Below, piece by piece: positions 51,189-61,191 of a stretch of DNA of 62,200 bases. A model generated the notes under the pieces. The model made no database searches. It was not told the DNA's origin and saw only the letters and a program-made list of their open reading frames with translations. The translations under genes were made by a program, and so were the position numbers. The stretch lies in assembly GCA_010015585.1 (NCBI GenBank), contig ML975154.1; one strand, written 5' to 3'. Position 1 is the first letter of the stretch. The number at the start of each line of letters is the position of its first letter. Source of the stretch: Eremomyces bilateralis CBS 781.70 (taxonomy: Eukaryota).

Positions 51189-52246
51189 CCTAGCTCTTCA
51201 AGGGTTATGCGCTGTGACTCTATCCAGCGATGTTCAAGGCACTGGGTTGTAGTCATTCGCATATTAGGGCGCATCCCTATGAGATTACAGATAAATTCCT
51301 CCCCATCGCCTCTAGCAGATGACGGAAGTTGATCCGATGGGAAGGGCCGCTTTTGTTGATAGTATTCCATTAATTCCCACTCGGACTTAAATGTGGCATT
51401 GCCAGTCAGCATACGAAAGGCGATTTCTCCCAAAGCCCACATATCTGCCGCCTTAAAGTCAGAGATATGCTTAGGTTTAGTAAGATCAGGGAATCCGAGT
51501 AGCTCCGGCGCCATATACCCTTTCGTGCCTTGGATCGTAGTAGTAGGTGCGTTACTCTCCTCGTCTCGTTTACTGATACCGAAGTCAGCGAGTACTACCC
51601 ACCACTTCCCCTCCGGCGGTTTTAATTTGATAAGGATGTTCTAGCGATGTTACTAAATAATTGCTTAACATTTATATCGTACTTACTCCGGGCTTTAAAT
51701 CCCTGTGCGCAAATTCATTCTTATGCATATGATCAAGGCCTTCGAGTATTTGACGCGTCACTTGTTGAGCTTCTACCGCGAGCAGGGAACGTTGGTTGAA
51801 GAGGTAGTGATGAAGGTCACCATAATGGCAATATTCCATAGTAATGAAGATTGAGCTCAAATCTTCATACCATCCGAACGACTTTACGAACCAATGTTCA
51901 TACTATAATACTAATATCAGCTTACGTTAATATATCTCGAAGTAATTTAACTCACTCGTTTATGAGAAAATTTTGCAATCGCTTCTAACTCTCTGTTGAA
52001 ATTCGGGGACTTGTTGATGACCTTCACCGCGCGGAGAGCATCCTGCTTTGCACCGGTGGTAACACATATCTGCAGCAGAACCGCTCCAAATCGTCCGTAT
52101 CCAAAGTTTCTATCCCATTTCCAGTATTCTTTTCGGTAGGATCGAGAGCCTGCTTCGTCGATATCGTGAACTGCATGGATGGTTGCGGAATTGCTAAACT
52201 CCGTAATAAGTTTGGAGTCCGACACGAGATCTGGTGTTCGAGGCAT
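51185..52246 (-). CDS. Ser/Thr protein kinase domain, 3 exons
   Basis: GYGRFGAV, AVKVI, RELE, MEYC, HRDLKPG|NIL, DFG, GYMAPE and DMWALG are all present. Confidence 0.88.
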
Positions 52247-52829
52247 TATTCGAACCTATAATATTGTTAGCCGCGAAATAATAACTATATCGAAAGTTAA
52301 ACCGAGACTGACTGTGTGGTATCCTTCGGATACATAGCTTTGTTGGCCGATGAAGCTCACCTCGAATACTCTGCAAAGACCGAGACACTGAAAGACGAAG
52401 AAGTCCAAGAATGTTCCGATGCAAGTCTCTGGGGTAATATGGTCTCTGAGAATCGAGGGGAATAACAAAGTACACCGCCATCTCTACCTATATCGCATTG
52501 CTCTCAGCTGACGCATTCGATTGGCTGGATGTGAGGTAGCACAGTAGGGGGCGAAGCTCCGGCTGTGCTGGGCATACTATGTACTATGTTTTGGACTGAG
52601 AGTCCGCCATGGACTGGGACAAGTCGTGTTGCAAGATGCCCTGTTGGTTTCTACAGCCACCTAACATTCCTTCACTGCCCTCTACCCCTGGGCTAGGCCT
52701 AATCAGGACTCTTCAGTCTTCTCCATGTAATTAAGTTATCTTCATCCGGCTTAGTTACTAGCTAGATCTCCTTTTCTAGACAATGGGAATCTTTAATAAC
52801 TACCAATTCGCGTTAGTTAACTAAGTTAG

Positions 52830-54465
52830 TTATGACTCTACAGTAACTGAGCTTAAGCAGCGACCGTGCTTAATCATCATCCCCGCGAAATGCGACAGTT
52901 GCATCAACGGGCATTGCATCAATGATGACGTCGCTATTCGAAATCGGCGACTCGGTAATAGTAATATTGCCGCCCAGCGCCTGTGCATCTTGTACCTTGC
53001 GAGAGTACCGGTCCAATAGGTTGCGCTGTCCTGTCTTATGGACCTAAAGAGCTTGGACATCTCGTCTCTCAAGAAGCTTTTTAAACTCTTCTTCACTCAG
53101 GTGGCATAGGGCAAAGGGATCCGCCGTAGATGATAAGTCCGCCAGGAGAGAGAAAAGGGCATCTTCAGGAGGTGCGAGCACACCCAGCATAACCCGCGCT
53201 AGATTCTGAGACACATAATCCGGGAAATAATACTCCTGTTGAGTATTCGATTTGTGCATAAGCATCCAATGCCCAAGCAACTCGCCGAGAATTCTAATAA
53301 TTTTGCCCCCGGAACCGACTCGCATAGAGTAGGGGATCGGAGGATTCTCCATGCCGGCGACTTCGCACCAGCGATACCATATCCTATAGAACTGCGACCC
53401 GCTGATATCGACGAATGGGAAATCGTCCAGGCCTTGTGCCCAAGGAAGGAAAAGGACTTTGCAACCTCGAAGGTTGGGCCGGGTCAAAACTTGATCAAAG
53501 GACGTATATCCGGCCCGGAAGCACGCCGTGCTAGAGCGCGGCCAATGATGTGACTCGCAAGACAGACCAGTCGGCATGGCAAAATGGCCACGGCAAACTC
53601 GCGCCCGGGGCTCGCAGGCTTTATGGAAGCCACTCGCAGTTTGTTTTCTGGCATTCGGATTCGTACGAACGCGTTCGTTTTCCCGCCAACGTTGACGAGT
53701 CCTATCCTGACTTCTGCATACTTCAGGTTTCTAGGACAGTCGATCCGGAATCCGCCAATAGCTATATAGAGCACGATCATGGCGAAGTCGCTAAGTTGCG
53801 CCGTAGAGTGGAGGATATCGCTATAACGATTCAGGAGAGCCTACATGATGACTACTCTATCCTGAGCAGTCGTAGCCCGCTTTTGGCGCTTGAGTGCGTT
53901 AGAGATACCGGTAAGGAAAGGAAGGTCGTGGACAATCCACTACAGGGACGTTAGTATCCTTCTCCGCACAAATAGAGGGCAGACCTCACATTGGAAACCA
54001 CCCACACGGGCCCTGAAATAAGTTTTCCACTTGGATTGACGAGCCTCTATTGCCTCGCGGTTTGCCTGTTCTCTCTTCTTTTGGGTGTAAGGACTGCTTC
54101 GTCCCCTTCCTGCACAAGCGCTCTCCACACTATCAGGACGGTGGATACTCGATTCACCTGTCGGACCTCCTCGTATTCTTGATCTCCTAACGCAACCCCG
54201 GAGACCGAAGAGTCGGAGACATAGGTCTGGAGAAAGGCACGACATGTATCCTGAGCCAAGGCTACCTCCACTGGTGAAGAGCTGCAAAGGGATAACCAGG
54301 TGTTTCGTACTACTTGAAGAGCCACATCGCGTAGCCGCGCTTGTATGTAGTTCTGTCCGACACTGGGACCGTATCGTCGAGGGGCTTGTTCTGGAAGCTA
54401 GCTAGACGCTCCTTTGCCTCTTGTTCTCCGGCTTCGCCCTTTCGAATAGTGCGTCGTGGCACCAT
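52830..54465 (-). pseudogene. DUF3435-type tyrosine recombinase (Starship captain), copy A, with frameshifts and stops
   Basis: Fragments give CRAFLQTYV, IGGFRID (catalytic R), CLASHIIGRALA..AF..GY.SF, PYSMRVG, MLMHKS..QEYYF (H and Y) and TADP.A…L, in the order expected for this family. Confidence 0.8.
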
Positions 54466-54774
54466 AGTCAAAGACGTATCTTGGAATAGACGTCGAGAAT
54501 TTTGGCTGCGTGTAGCATTGATAGCGTCGACTACCTCCGAACCCGATGGAACTGGAACTGAAGAAGAGTACTGTAGAACTGCAAACGGAGCTCCTGACCG
54601 AGGGCGAGACTGTAGAAACTGCGAACAGGACTCATGACTGAGAGCGAGACGGGAAATCTAGGGAGAATGGGCATCTTTACGATCCTTACCAGAGTGCATT
54701 TTCGACGGGCCCTCGTCTTTCGGCGGTATTGACCCTCTGTTTTCGACCTCGTTTATATCGCTGGGAGACCATAG

Positions 54775-54796
54775 GGGAACTCCTATTGCTGCATGT
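54775..54796 (+). rRNA. 3' fragment of a 5S rRNA gene (from GGGAACTC to the end) followed by an oligo-T terminator
   Basis: GGGAACTCCTATTGCTGCATGT+TTTT. It overlaps the GGGAACTCCT end of the next copy, and its GCTGCATGT can pair with the 5' ACATACGGC (helix I). Confidence 0.8.
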
Positions 54797-54884
54797 TTTT
54801 ATTTTTATGACCATTATGTCAAGTTTTTCAGTGGGCGGATTGGATTTATGGTCGTTTATGATGTAAAAAACTTCAATTTCTAGC

Positions 54885-54991
54885 ACATACGGCCACATCA
54901 ACCTGAATATAGGGCATCCCGTCCGCTCTGCCGTACTCAAGCAGGTTAGAGATAGAATAGTACTACGGTGGGTGACCACGTGGGAACTCCT
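54885..54991 (+). rRNA. 5S rRNA gene; last ~12 nt fall in the assembly gap, predicted length 119 nt
   Basis: ACATACGGCCA…GGGCATCCCGTCCGCTCTGCCGTACTCAAGC…TAGTACTACGGTGGGTGACCACGTGGGAACTCCT matches the Pezizomycotina 5S pattern. Confidence 0.92.
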
Positions 54992-55276
54992 NNNNNNNNN
55001 NNNNNNNNNNNNNNNNNNNNNNNNNNNNNNNNNNNNNNNNNNNNNNNNNNNNNNNNNNNNNNNNNNNNNNNNNNNNNNNNNNNNNNNNNNNNNNNNNNNN
55101 NNNNNNNNNNNNNNNNNNNNNNNNNNNNNNNNNNNNNNNNNNNNNNNNNNNNNNNNNNNNNNNNNNNNNNNNNNNNNNNNNNNNNNNNNNNNNNNNNNNN
55201 NNNNNNNNNNNNNNNNNNNNNNNNNNNNNNNNNNNNNNNNNNNNNNNNNNNNNNNNNNNNNNNNNNNNNNNNNNNN

Positions 55277-55369
55277 ATCAACCTGAATATAGGGCATCCC
55301 GTCCGCTCTGCCGTACTCAAGCAGGTTAGAGATGGAATAGTACTACGGTGGGTGACCACGTGGGAACTC
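55277..55369 (+). rRNA. 5S rRNA gene copy truncated immediately after GGGAACTC
   Basis: Identical to the previous copy except one base (GATGG vs GATAG). It switches to non-5S sequence (ATCCGCCATAG…) at 55370. Confidence 0.88.
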
Positions 55370-55753
55370 ATCCGCCATAGTACTATCCGGCTCGCCTGCC
55401 ATTGGCCGGGTGCGTTACCATACATACTTAGTCAACGCGTCGTTAGAGGGAGATGGCTGATCGGCGGCCTTGGCCATTGCTCAGCCCGTCACTTCGACCT
55501 CCGACTACATCCCCTTTTTCCTCCTCCCAACTTCCTGAAGTTGGACACGTGGCGTCTTCTCACTGCGCTGTCTGCTTTCCTTGCACGTCATCAGTTACTG
55601 TTCGTCCCCAGGTCCATTTCTCTATGCTTTTATTTGGGCCGAATGTTTTCCCTTGCTTTGGTGGTTCCCGCTCCGCCTGAAGTGGGCTTTCCATGCAATT
55701 AATTCTGAAGTGCAATAGAGTTTTACGATATGCTTGATATTTTTTACAACTAA

Positions 55754-57404
55754 AATGACCGGCTAACCACCAACGGCCAGGTCTGTCCGTGGTCCATATG
55801 GGATAAGATCGACACCGAACTGGACGAAGACTGCGAGAATTTGCAGGACAAGTTTCCTTACGACGATTGTGTCACGATAGCTCTTGCATTTGTTCAATTA
55901 CGCGATGCGGAGCTTAATAAGAGGATCAAAGCCAAGGCGGCATAACTTGCATCATCAAGGGATTTAAGAACCTGATTGAATCGCTAGACGAAGATGAGGA
56001 TGTCGACGAATCACAGGACTAAGTCGAAGAGGAGCAGCGGGACGAAGGCCTTGCTGTACGCGATCGTTCGGAGAGTCTTCCGCCTCTAAATGACGCTACA
56101 GAAAAGGGAATCCGGGATCAAGTGTCACCATCCGTTGAACCGGAACTACTAAGGGTCGAGATGGAAGTGGAAGAGTCTGGCGATCGGACAAGAAACGCGA
56201 GAGTCAGCGCATCTCCAGCTCCAAGGCTTCATCCCACTCCTTCACCTGCCAGGGGCCATCATGCTCGCTTGTCCTCTGCCAGGAGTCTTCGGCCTACGGT
56301 GTCTCCTGAAAGGTGCCAAGCCACTTCTGTTCCTCCAGCAAGAGATCAACAAGACGACCGCTCTCCATCAAAGGGTATCTCCACCCAGGACTTCGCTCTG
56401 CGTGCCGCCCGAAGCGTAGCTGTCCCCCCGATAGCGAGAAAGAAATCCAACCTCGCAAATTCAACCCGGCGCCTCCTGCATCAAGTTCGACGAGTCCCAA
56501 ATCCAGCCAACTCAAGGTGCTGATCAGGCTCCACCCGGGCCGTCCAGCATACTTGAATTGTCAGTCGTTTGGAGGTGTTTTGGAAAGCTAATTGATCGGA
56601 GCCCCAAGCCTCGGCCATGAGCCCAGTGCAACCCGCGTTCCCTCCCTCAGTCATTCCTTCTTCTGCTCTTCTTCTGCTCTTCTTCTGCTCCTGAATGTGT
56701 CCGCGTCAACTGCAAGTTTCCGACTTTCTTCGCCGACGATGCCTTATGCCACGTCAGCAACCACACCAGCATCAGTTCCGGATTAGAGAACGCGCGTTCA
56801 CAAACCGGCGAAGGTGGTTGAATGGTTGGCCAGCCTCACCGTTGCGCCTCATCGTCATGATCGTATGATCATGATGGTGTCAGCCTGGCCCGCCATTCCA
56901 CTTACAGGGCGCGGCCATTACTATTCCGGTGTCCAAAGGGAAGGCGACGGTGACGCCTAGATGGCTTTCCAGGGTCACTCTGATGTTGATTGGCGATGCG
57001 TTCCCGAGGCAGTCAGGACTGTAACCAGCTGAACTTGCCTGCGACATGGACTAGTGACTGCGATGATGGCAAATTTGCCGCCGACCTTTTCAAGTTCACC
57101 TCGGTAAAGGCCAAGGGGGCGGCCGTTAGGGCCGTTGTGTCCCCAGACATCAGAGTCGTGGACCCTGCCGGATCTGATGGCGAGAAAGACCATGGTTCAG
57201 CGCAACAACTGGGCGAGTTCACCGATCTGCCAGGAGCGTAGACTCGACTCATGGCAGCGCGAACAGACGAAAGGGAATCCGCTGGCCATGTCGTATGATT
57301 CTACGCAGAGCTGCGATCAAGTAGCTCGACGGGTTCAAGGCTCGGAACAAGCGAGGACGGGCCATGAAAATGGCGAAGGGTTCAAGGATGAGATAGTGAA
57401 GTGA
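55754..57404 (+). pseudogene. Decayed ORF(s) of unknown family: acidic helical N-terminus and low-complexity middle
   Basis: Coding-like stretches such as WDKIDTELDEDCENLQDKFPYDDCVTIALAFVQLRDAEL are broken by stops and frameshifts. Confidence 0.4.
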
Positions 57405-57890
57405 GCGATAGTGGATCAGCTACCGGCCTGGCTCATGTCTCAGCGTCGAAGCTGCATGACTGCATTTTAATTTTGTTGTCCCTTCCGCTGCTCTCATATT
57501 CATCGCGATGGCAAAGTGATATACCCCTTCTTTGGAACCCCGAGTCTTATATCAACTGAGTGTGTTCCATTAGGCCTCGCACTCTTCCGGGGCGTAGTCA
57601 GACCATAAATTTGCTTCCATATCTTGGCATGGCTTCTCACGCCAAGACATGCTGAGCGAGGCTTAGCCCATCAACCTTGCAATTTCCTTCAGAAGTGGGA
57701 GAAGAGTCTGCACAAACAACAGTGAAGCCAAGATAAGCCAGGACCAGTTGTTGGTGGCCCTCAGACCTTGCGGGATATTGGTAATAGGTGGCATAAATGC
57801 TCCCCTCCTTATCCTCTTTTTATCACGCCCCTTTGTCTTCTTCGTATATCCAACCGCCTGTTTGATTTCTTTCGCCCAGCGTCCCTCATC

Positions 57891-58057
57891 ATGGGCTATA
57901 CATCTAGACAGTCGCGCATAACGAAACCACATCGTCAGCCAAGCAAACAACGAAAAGCCAGGTTCAATTTCCCATCATTACCTCCTGAACTCCAAGAGCA
58001 GATAGTCTCTGCTTCACTTCGCGATGGAATACTATCGGATTGGGAAGAGGGCCCCTT
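57891..58057 (+). pseudogene. Truncated F-box-like gene
   Basis: MGYTS…RFNFPSLPPELQEQIV, cut off where the retrotransposon relic begins. Confidence 0.4.
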
Positions 58058-59237
58058 TTATTCAACCTCTTTTATACTTAGTAGCTTTATAATGTCCTCG
58101 CCGTATACATTTACCGTAGGCCCTTGCGCGCGTCGATGCGCAAGGGCGCCTAGTTTCCCGAGTCTAATAGGACTTCGTGTGAGTCGCTGTCGGTAGGCTG
58201 CGCGGCTATAGCAGTGACTTGAGCTCTTGGGCGTGCCGCAGGTCGAAACTCGCATACGCTCGGGTTATGCTTAGGCTTCTTGCAACGCCCACATTTGCCC
58301 GCTTGTAGTAGTGCTGAGAACTCCGCTTGGGGTCGCTATTTTGCCCTAGGGCGCTTGTCTTCCTTCGTATTGCTAAGCGCGTCGAAACGAGCCGCTAGCG
58401 CTGCTATTTGAACTGATAGCGCGTTTACATCGGTCATCTTAACGTCGCCCTCCGCGTCGGTACCGCTCGCCTAAGGAGAGTATGATCCCTTATGAACCGG
58501 CGATCTATATAAGCCTTCGTTGACATAATAGTACGTTATAGACCCAGTCTGCTTATAAAAGTCTACGTGGGCTTCGAAGTTCGTCGCGATCGCCTAGACC
58601 CTCGTGACGTATGCGTCGTAATCGGTATTCGATAGTTCCACCGGAATGAGTGTCCTAGCCAGCGATGTGTTCAATGACCTCCTTATAATAGAGATCTTCG
58701 AGGCTCCTCTGTGACTAAGAGAGCCGGCCTGGGCTAAGAGTTGCTCAAATTGTTGTCTAAAGTCTTCGAACTTCTGCTTATCGCCTTGTCTCAGCCGATC
58801 TAGCTTATCTAGCGCCTTCCTTTCCTCTTCTCTATCTAGGAACTTACTATCTATATATTCTAGGAACTCCTCTGGTGCGTAGGACCCGCTATTATCTTCT
58901 TCTTATAGCCAGTAGATCACTCGCTACTGTTTCTCTTTTGGGAGACCGGTAAAGATGTTCGTATATATAGCCTTGTTGCTTCCTAAACGTCCTTACTCTT
59001 GCTCGATCTTAGACTCGATCGTCCACTTAAACAGGCTATAGCCGTCCTTAGTACTATCCCATTCTGGCCATCGTATAGCTCTCGAGGGGGTGTCGCGGTC
59101 TCTGTTCGCAGTGGTAAGGGCGGTGACAAGCGTGTTCAAAAGGTCGGTCGTGCTTTCCTTAGGCATATCGATTTCAATGCTTGCGAAGCCTTTAGTGATC
59201 TCTTCGAGAGATACTTCTAACCTAGGAGTATAGGTAG
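58058..59237 (-). mobile_element. Ty3/gypsy-type gag relic, heavily RIP-like mutated
   Basis: KALDKLDRLRQGDKQKFEDFRQQFEQLL (Retrotrans_gag-like), DAEGDVKM, zinc knuckle CGRCKKPKHNPSVC and terminal SGN. It has many TAG/TAA stops and a TpA excess. Confidence 0.8.
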
Positions 59238-59239
59238 TA

Positions 59240-61191
59240 CTCGTGCCAGGCTTCCCCCCCCTCCAGGGTGGGTGCGCCACAGATCAACGCAAACCACACA
59301 ACAACGCAAAATCTGTAAATTCAACTCAAATAGTTAATTATCTCAACACCAACATGCCTCCTGAGGAAGATGATCAAGAGAGTCGAATCCTTGCAGCTGT
59401 CACCGAGTACCGACGTGGTGAAAATAAAAATATCACGTCGTTACACAACGAGTATCGCGTTCCTTACTACGCCCTTCGATCACGTATCAATGGCAAGCCG
59501 TCGAAGAAAGCTCCAAAGCCTGCCAACCGAATACTTGATAAAGCACAGGAGGATGCAGTTAAACACTGGATCAAACAGCTTGACGAAGCTGGCCGCCCGC
59601 CGACTGCTGAAATGGTGACAAATTGCGCCAATGCCATCCTCTCTCGAAACCACGCAAACCCAGAAACCCCACCTCCAACAGTCTCAAAAATGTGGACGTA
59701 CCGCTTCCTTAAACGCCTTCCACCCGAATATAAGCGCATTAAACAGCGTCCAATGGATCCTAAGCGTATACAGGCTGAAGATATTGGGATAGTGCAGACT
59801 TTTTATGATCGCTGGGAGATTGCTATCAAAAGCCATCACATCCGCCCATGCAACATCTACAACATGGATGAGACAGGCTTCCAGATTGGCCAGGGAAAGG
59901 TTGAGAAGGTTATAACTGCTTTTCCTGAAGCAAATGCAAACATCGGAAGTGCCATGACACGGAAATTGGTCACTGTCATTGAATGTATCTCTGCTGAAGG
60001 CAAACCAACTAACCCCTTTCTTGTTCTGGCAGGCTCATACCATCTGGAGGATTGGTATAAGGATTGTGGGCTTCCAGACAACTGGATGATCACCCTTACA
60101 CCTAATGGGTATATCACTGATGAAGGAGGATATGATTGGATTCATCATTTCGATATAGAGACGCGCCCAGCTATATCTTCTGAATACCGGCTCCTCTTAC
60201 TTGACAACCATGGTTCACACCTGACATACGACTTCCTCAAATTCTGTGAGGACCGCCGAATTATTCCTTACTTCCTTCCACCACACATGACACACCATTT
60301 ACAACCTCTGGATGGAATCCCTTTTCAGCAGTACAAGCACTGGCATGCAAAGGCTGTCAATGAGGCTGCACGCCTGGGTGATGAGAGCTTCAACCATCGG
60401 CAGTTCCTTTCGGCTCTACCTGCAATAAGGGAGAAAGCCTTCACCCCACGAGTTCTCCGCGCCGGCTGGACAAGACGAAGAGTATGGCCAATTAAGCCTG
60501 AGCTTGTTATTAAAGAGTTGGAAAAGTTATGTGCAGATGATGGCCCTGTGCTTGAGTTTTTGGACGGCGAACCCGAACGTGAAAAGACCCCCTCTATATC
60601 TTCCTCCCAACTTTCCTCGCCAAAGAATGTACAAAAACTCCGACACAGTATTGAGAAGGTGAAGAAAAACCTTGCGGATATAGAGGATGTCCTTGGCGAA
60701 GTCTCGCCGTCGCTTAATAAAAAGATAAACAAGATTTTCAATGGCAGTTTACTGCAAGCAGAGCTCGGCGCGCAACAAGGCAGCGACTTAGATCGCTATT
60801 TAGATGCCAGCCACAATCGCAAACGAAAAACAACTCGTCGACGTGTTAATGCAGGAGGTCCTTTTTATGTTAAGGATGCAAATCGCCGGATTGACGAGCG
60901 GAAGGCTACGGAAATGAGGGAGGAGTGGGAGAAGCGTGAGCGACGCCGGGCGCGCGATACGAAGAAAAGGCAACGTGAGCTCACAGAGGAGGCTCGCAGG
61001 GGAGAAATAAATGGTGAAACAGCTGCTACAGCTACTGGGGATCAAGAAAATATCCCTTATTTTATAGATACTCAACCGTGGTAGAATAAATTGATTGTTT
61101 TGTTGCTTGATTTACTCGATTTTGCGTTGATCTGTGGTTTGCGTTGTTCTGTGGCGCACCCACCCTGGAGGGGGGGGAAGCCTGGCACGAG
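59240..61191 (+). mobile_element. pogo/Fot1-type DNA transposon, 1952 bp, with ~55-bp TIRs and TA on both sides
   Basis: CTCGTGCCAGGCTTCCCCCCC…GGGTGCGCCACAGA..AACGCAAACCACA at the left end and its reverse complement at the right end. TA at 59238-59239 and 61192-61193. Confidence 0.95.
59354..61084 (+). CDS. pogo/Fot1 DD35D transposase, intact, 576 aa
   Basis: HTH-psq/CENP-B-like N-terminus, then YNMDETGF and LLDNHGSH…(35 aa)…LQPLD. Confidence 0.95.
   Translation: MPPEEDDQESRILAAVTEYRRGENKNITSLHNEYRVPYYALRSRINGKPSKKAPKPANRILDKAQEDAVKHWIKQLDEAGRPPTAEMVTNCANAILSRNHANPETPPPTVSKMWTYRFLKRLPPEYKRIKQRPMDPKRIQAEDIGIVQTFYDRWEIAIKSHHIRPCNIYNMDETGFQIGQGKVEKVITAFPEANANIGSAMTRKLVTVIECISAEGKPTNPFLVLAGSYHLEDWYKDCGLPDNWMITLTPNGYITDEGGYDWIHHFDIETRPAISSEYRLLLLDNHGSHLTYDFLKFCEDRRIIPYFLPPHMTHHLQPLDGIPFQQYKHWHAKAVNEAARLGDESFNHRQFLSALPAIREKAFTPRVLRAGWTRRRVWPIKPELVIKELEKLCADDGPVLEFLDGEPEREKTPSISSSQLSSPKNVQKLRHSIEKVKKNLADIEDVLGEVSPSLNKKINKIFNGSLLQAELGAQQGSDLDRYLDASHNRKRKTTRRRVNAGGPFYVKDANRRIDERKATEMREEWEKRERRRARDTKKRQRELTEEARRGEINGETAATATGDQENIPYFIDTQPW

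Noticed and set aside
52603..52610. TCCGCCAT as the distal end of element A (matches 55371-55378)
   Set aside because: The match is only 8 bp, has no preceding 5S half or GGGAACTC core, and similarity does not extend.
55277..55700. 5S-derived SINE (SINE3) as the explanation for the truncated 5S
   Set aside because: A complementary 5S 3' half with the same 8-bp core sits upstream of a recombinase gene, and no LINE-like tail follows. Site-specific integration explains both junctions better.
54686..55702. ORFs spanning the N gap
   Set aside because: These are artefacts of translating through Ns and 5S sequence.
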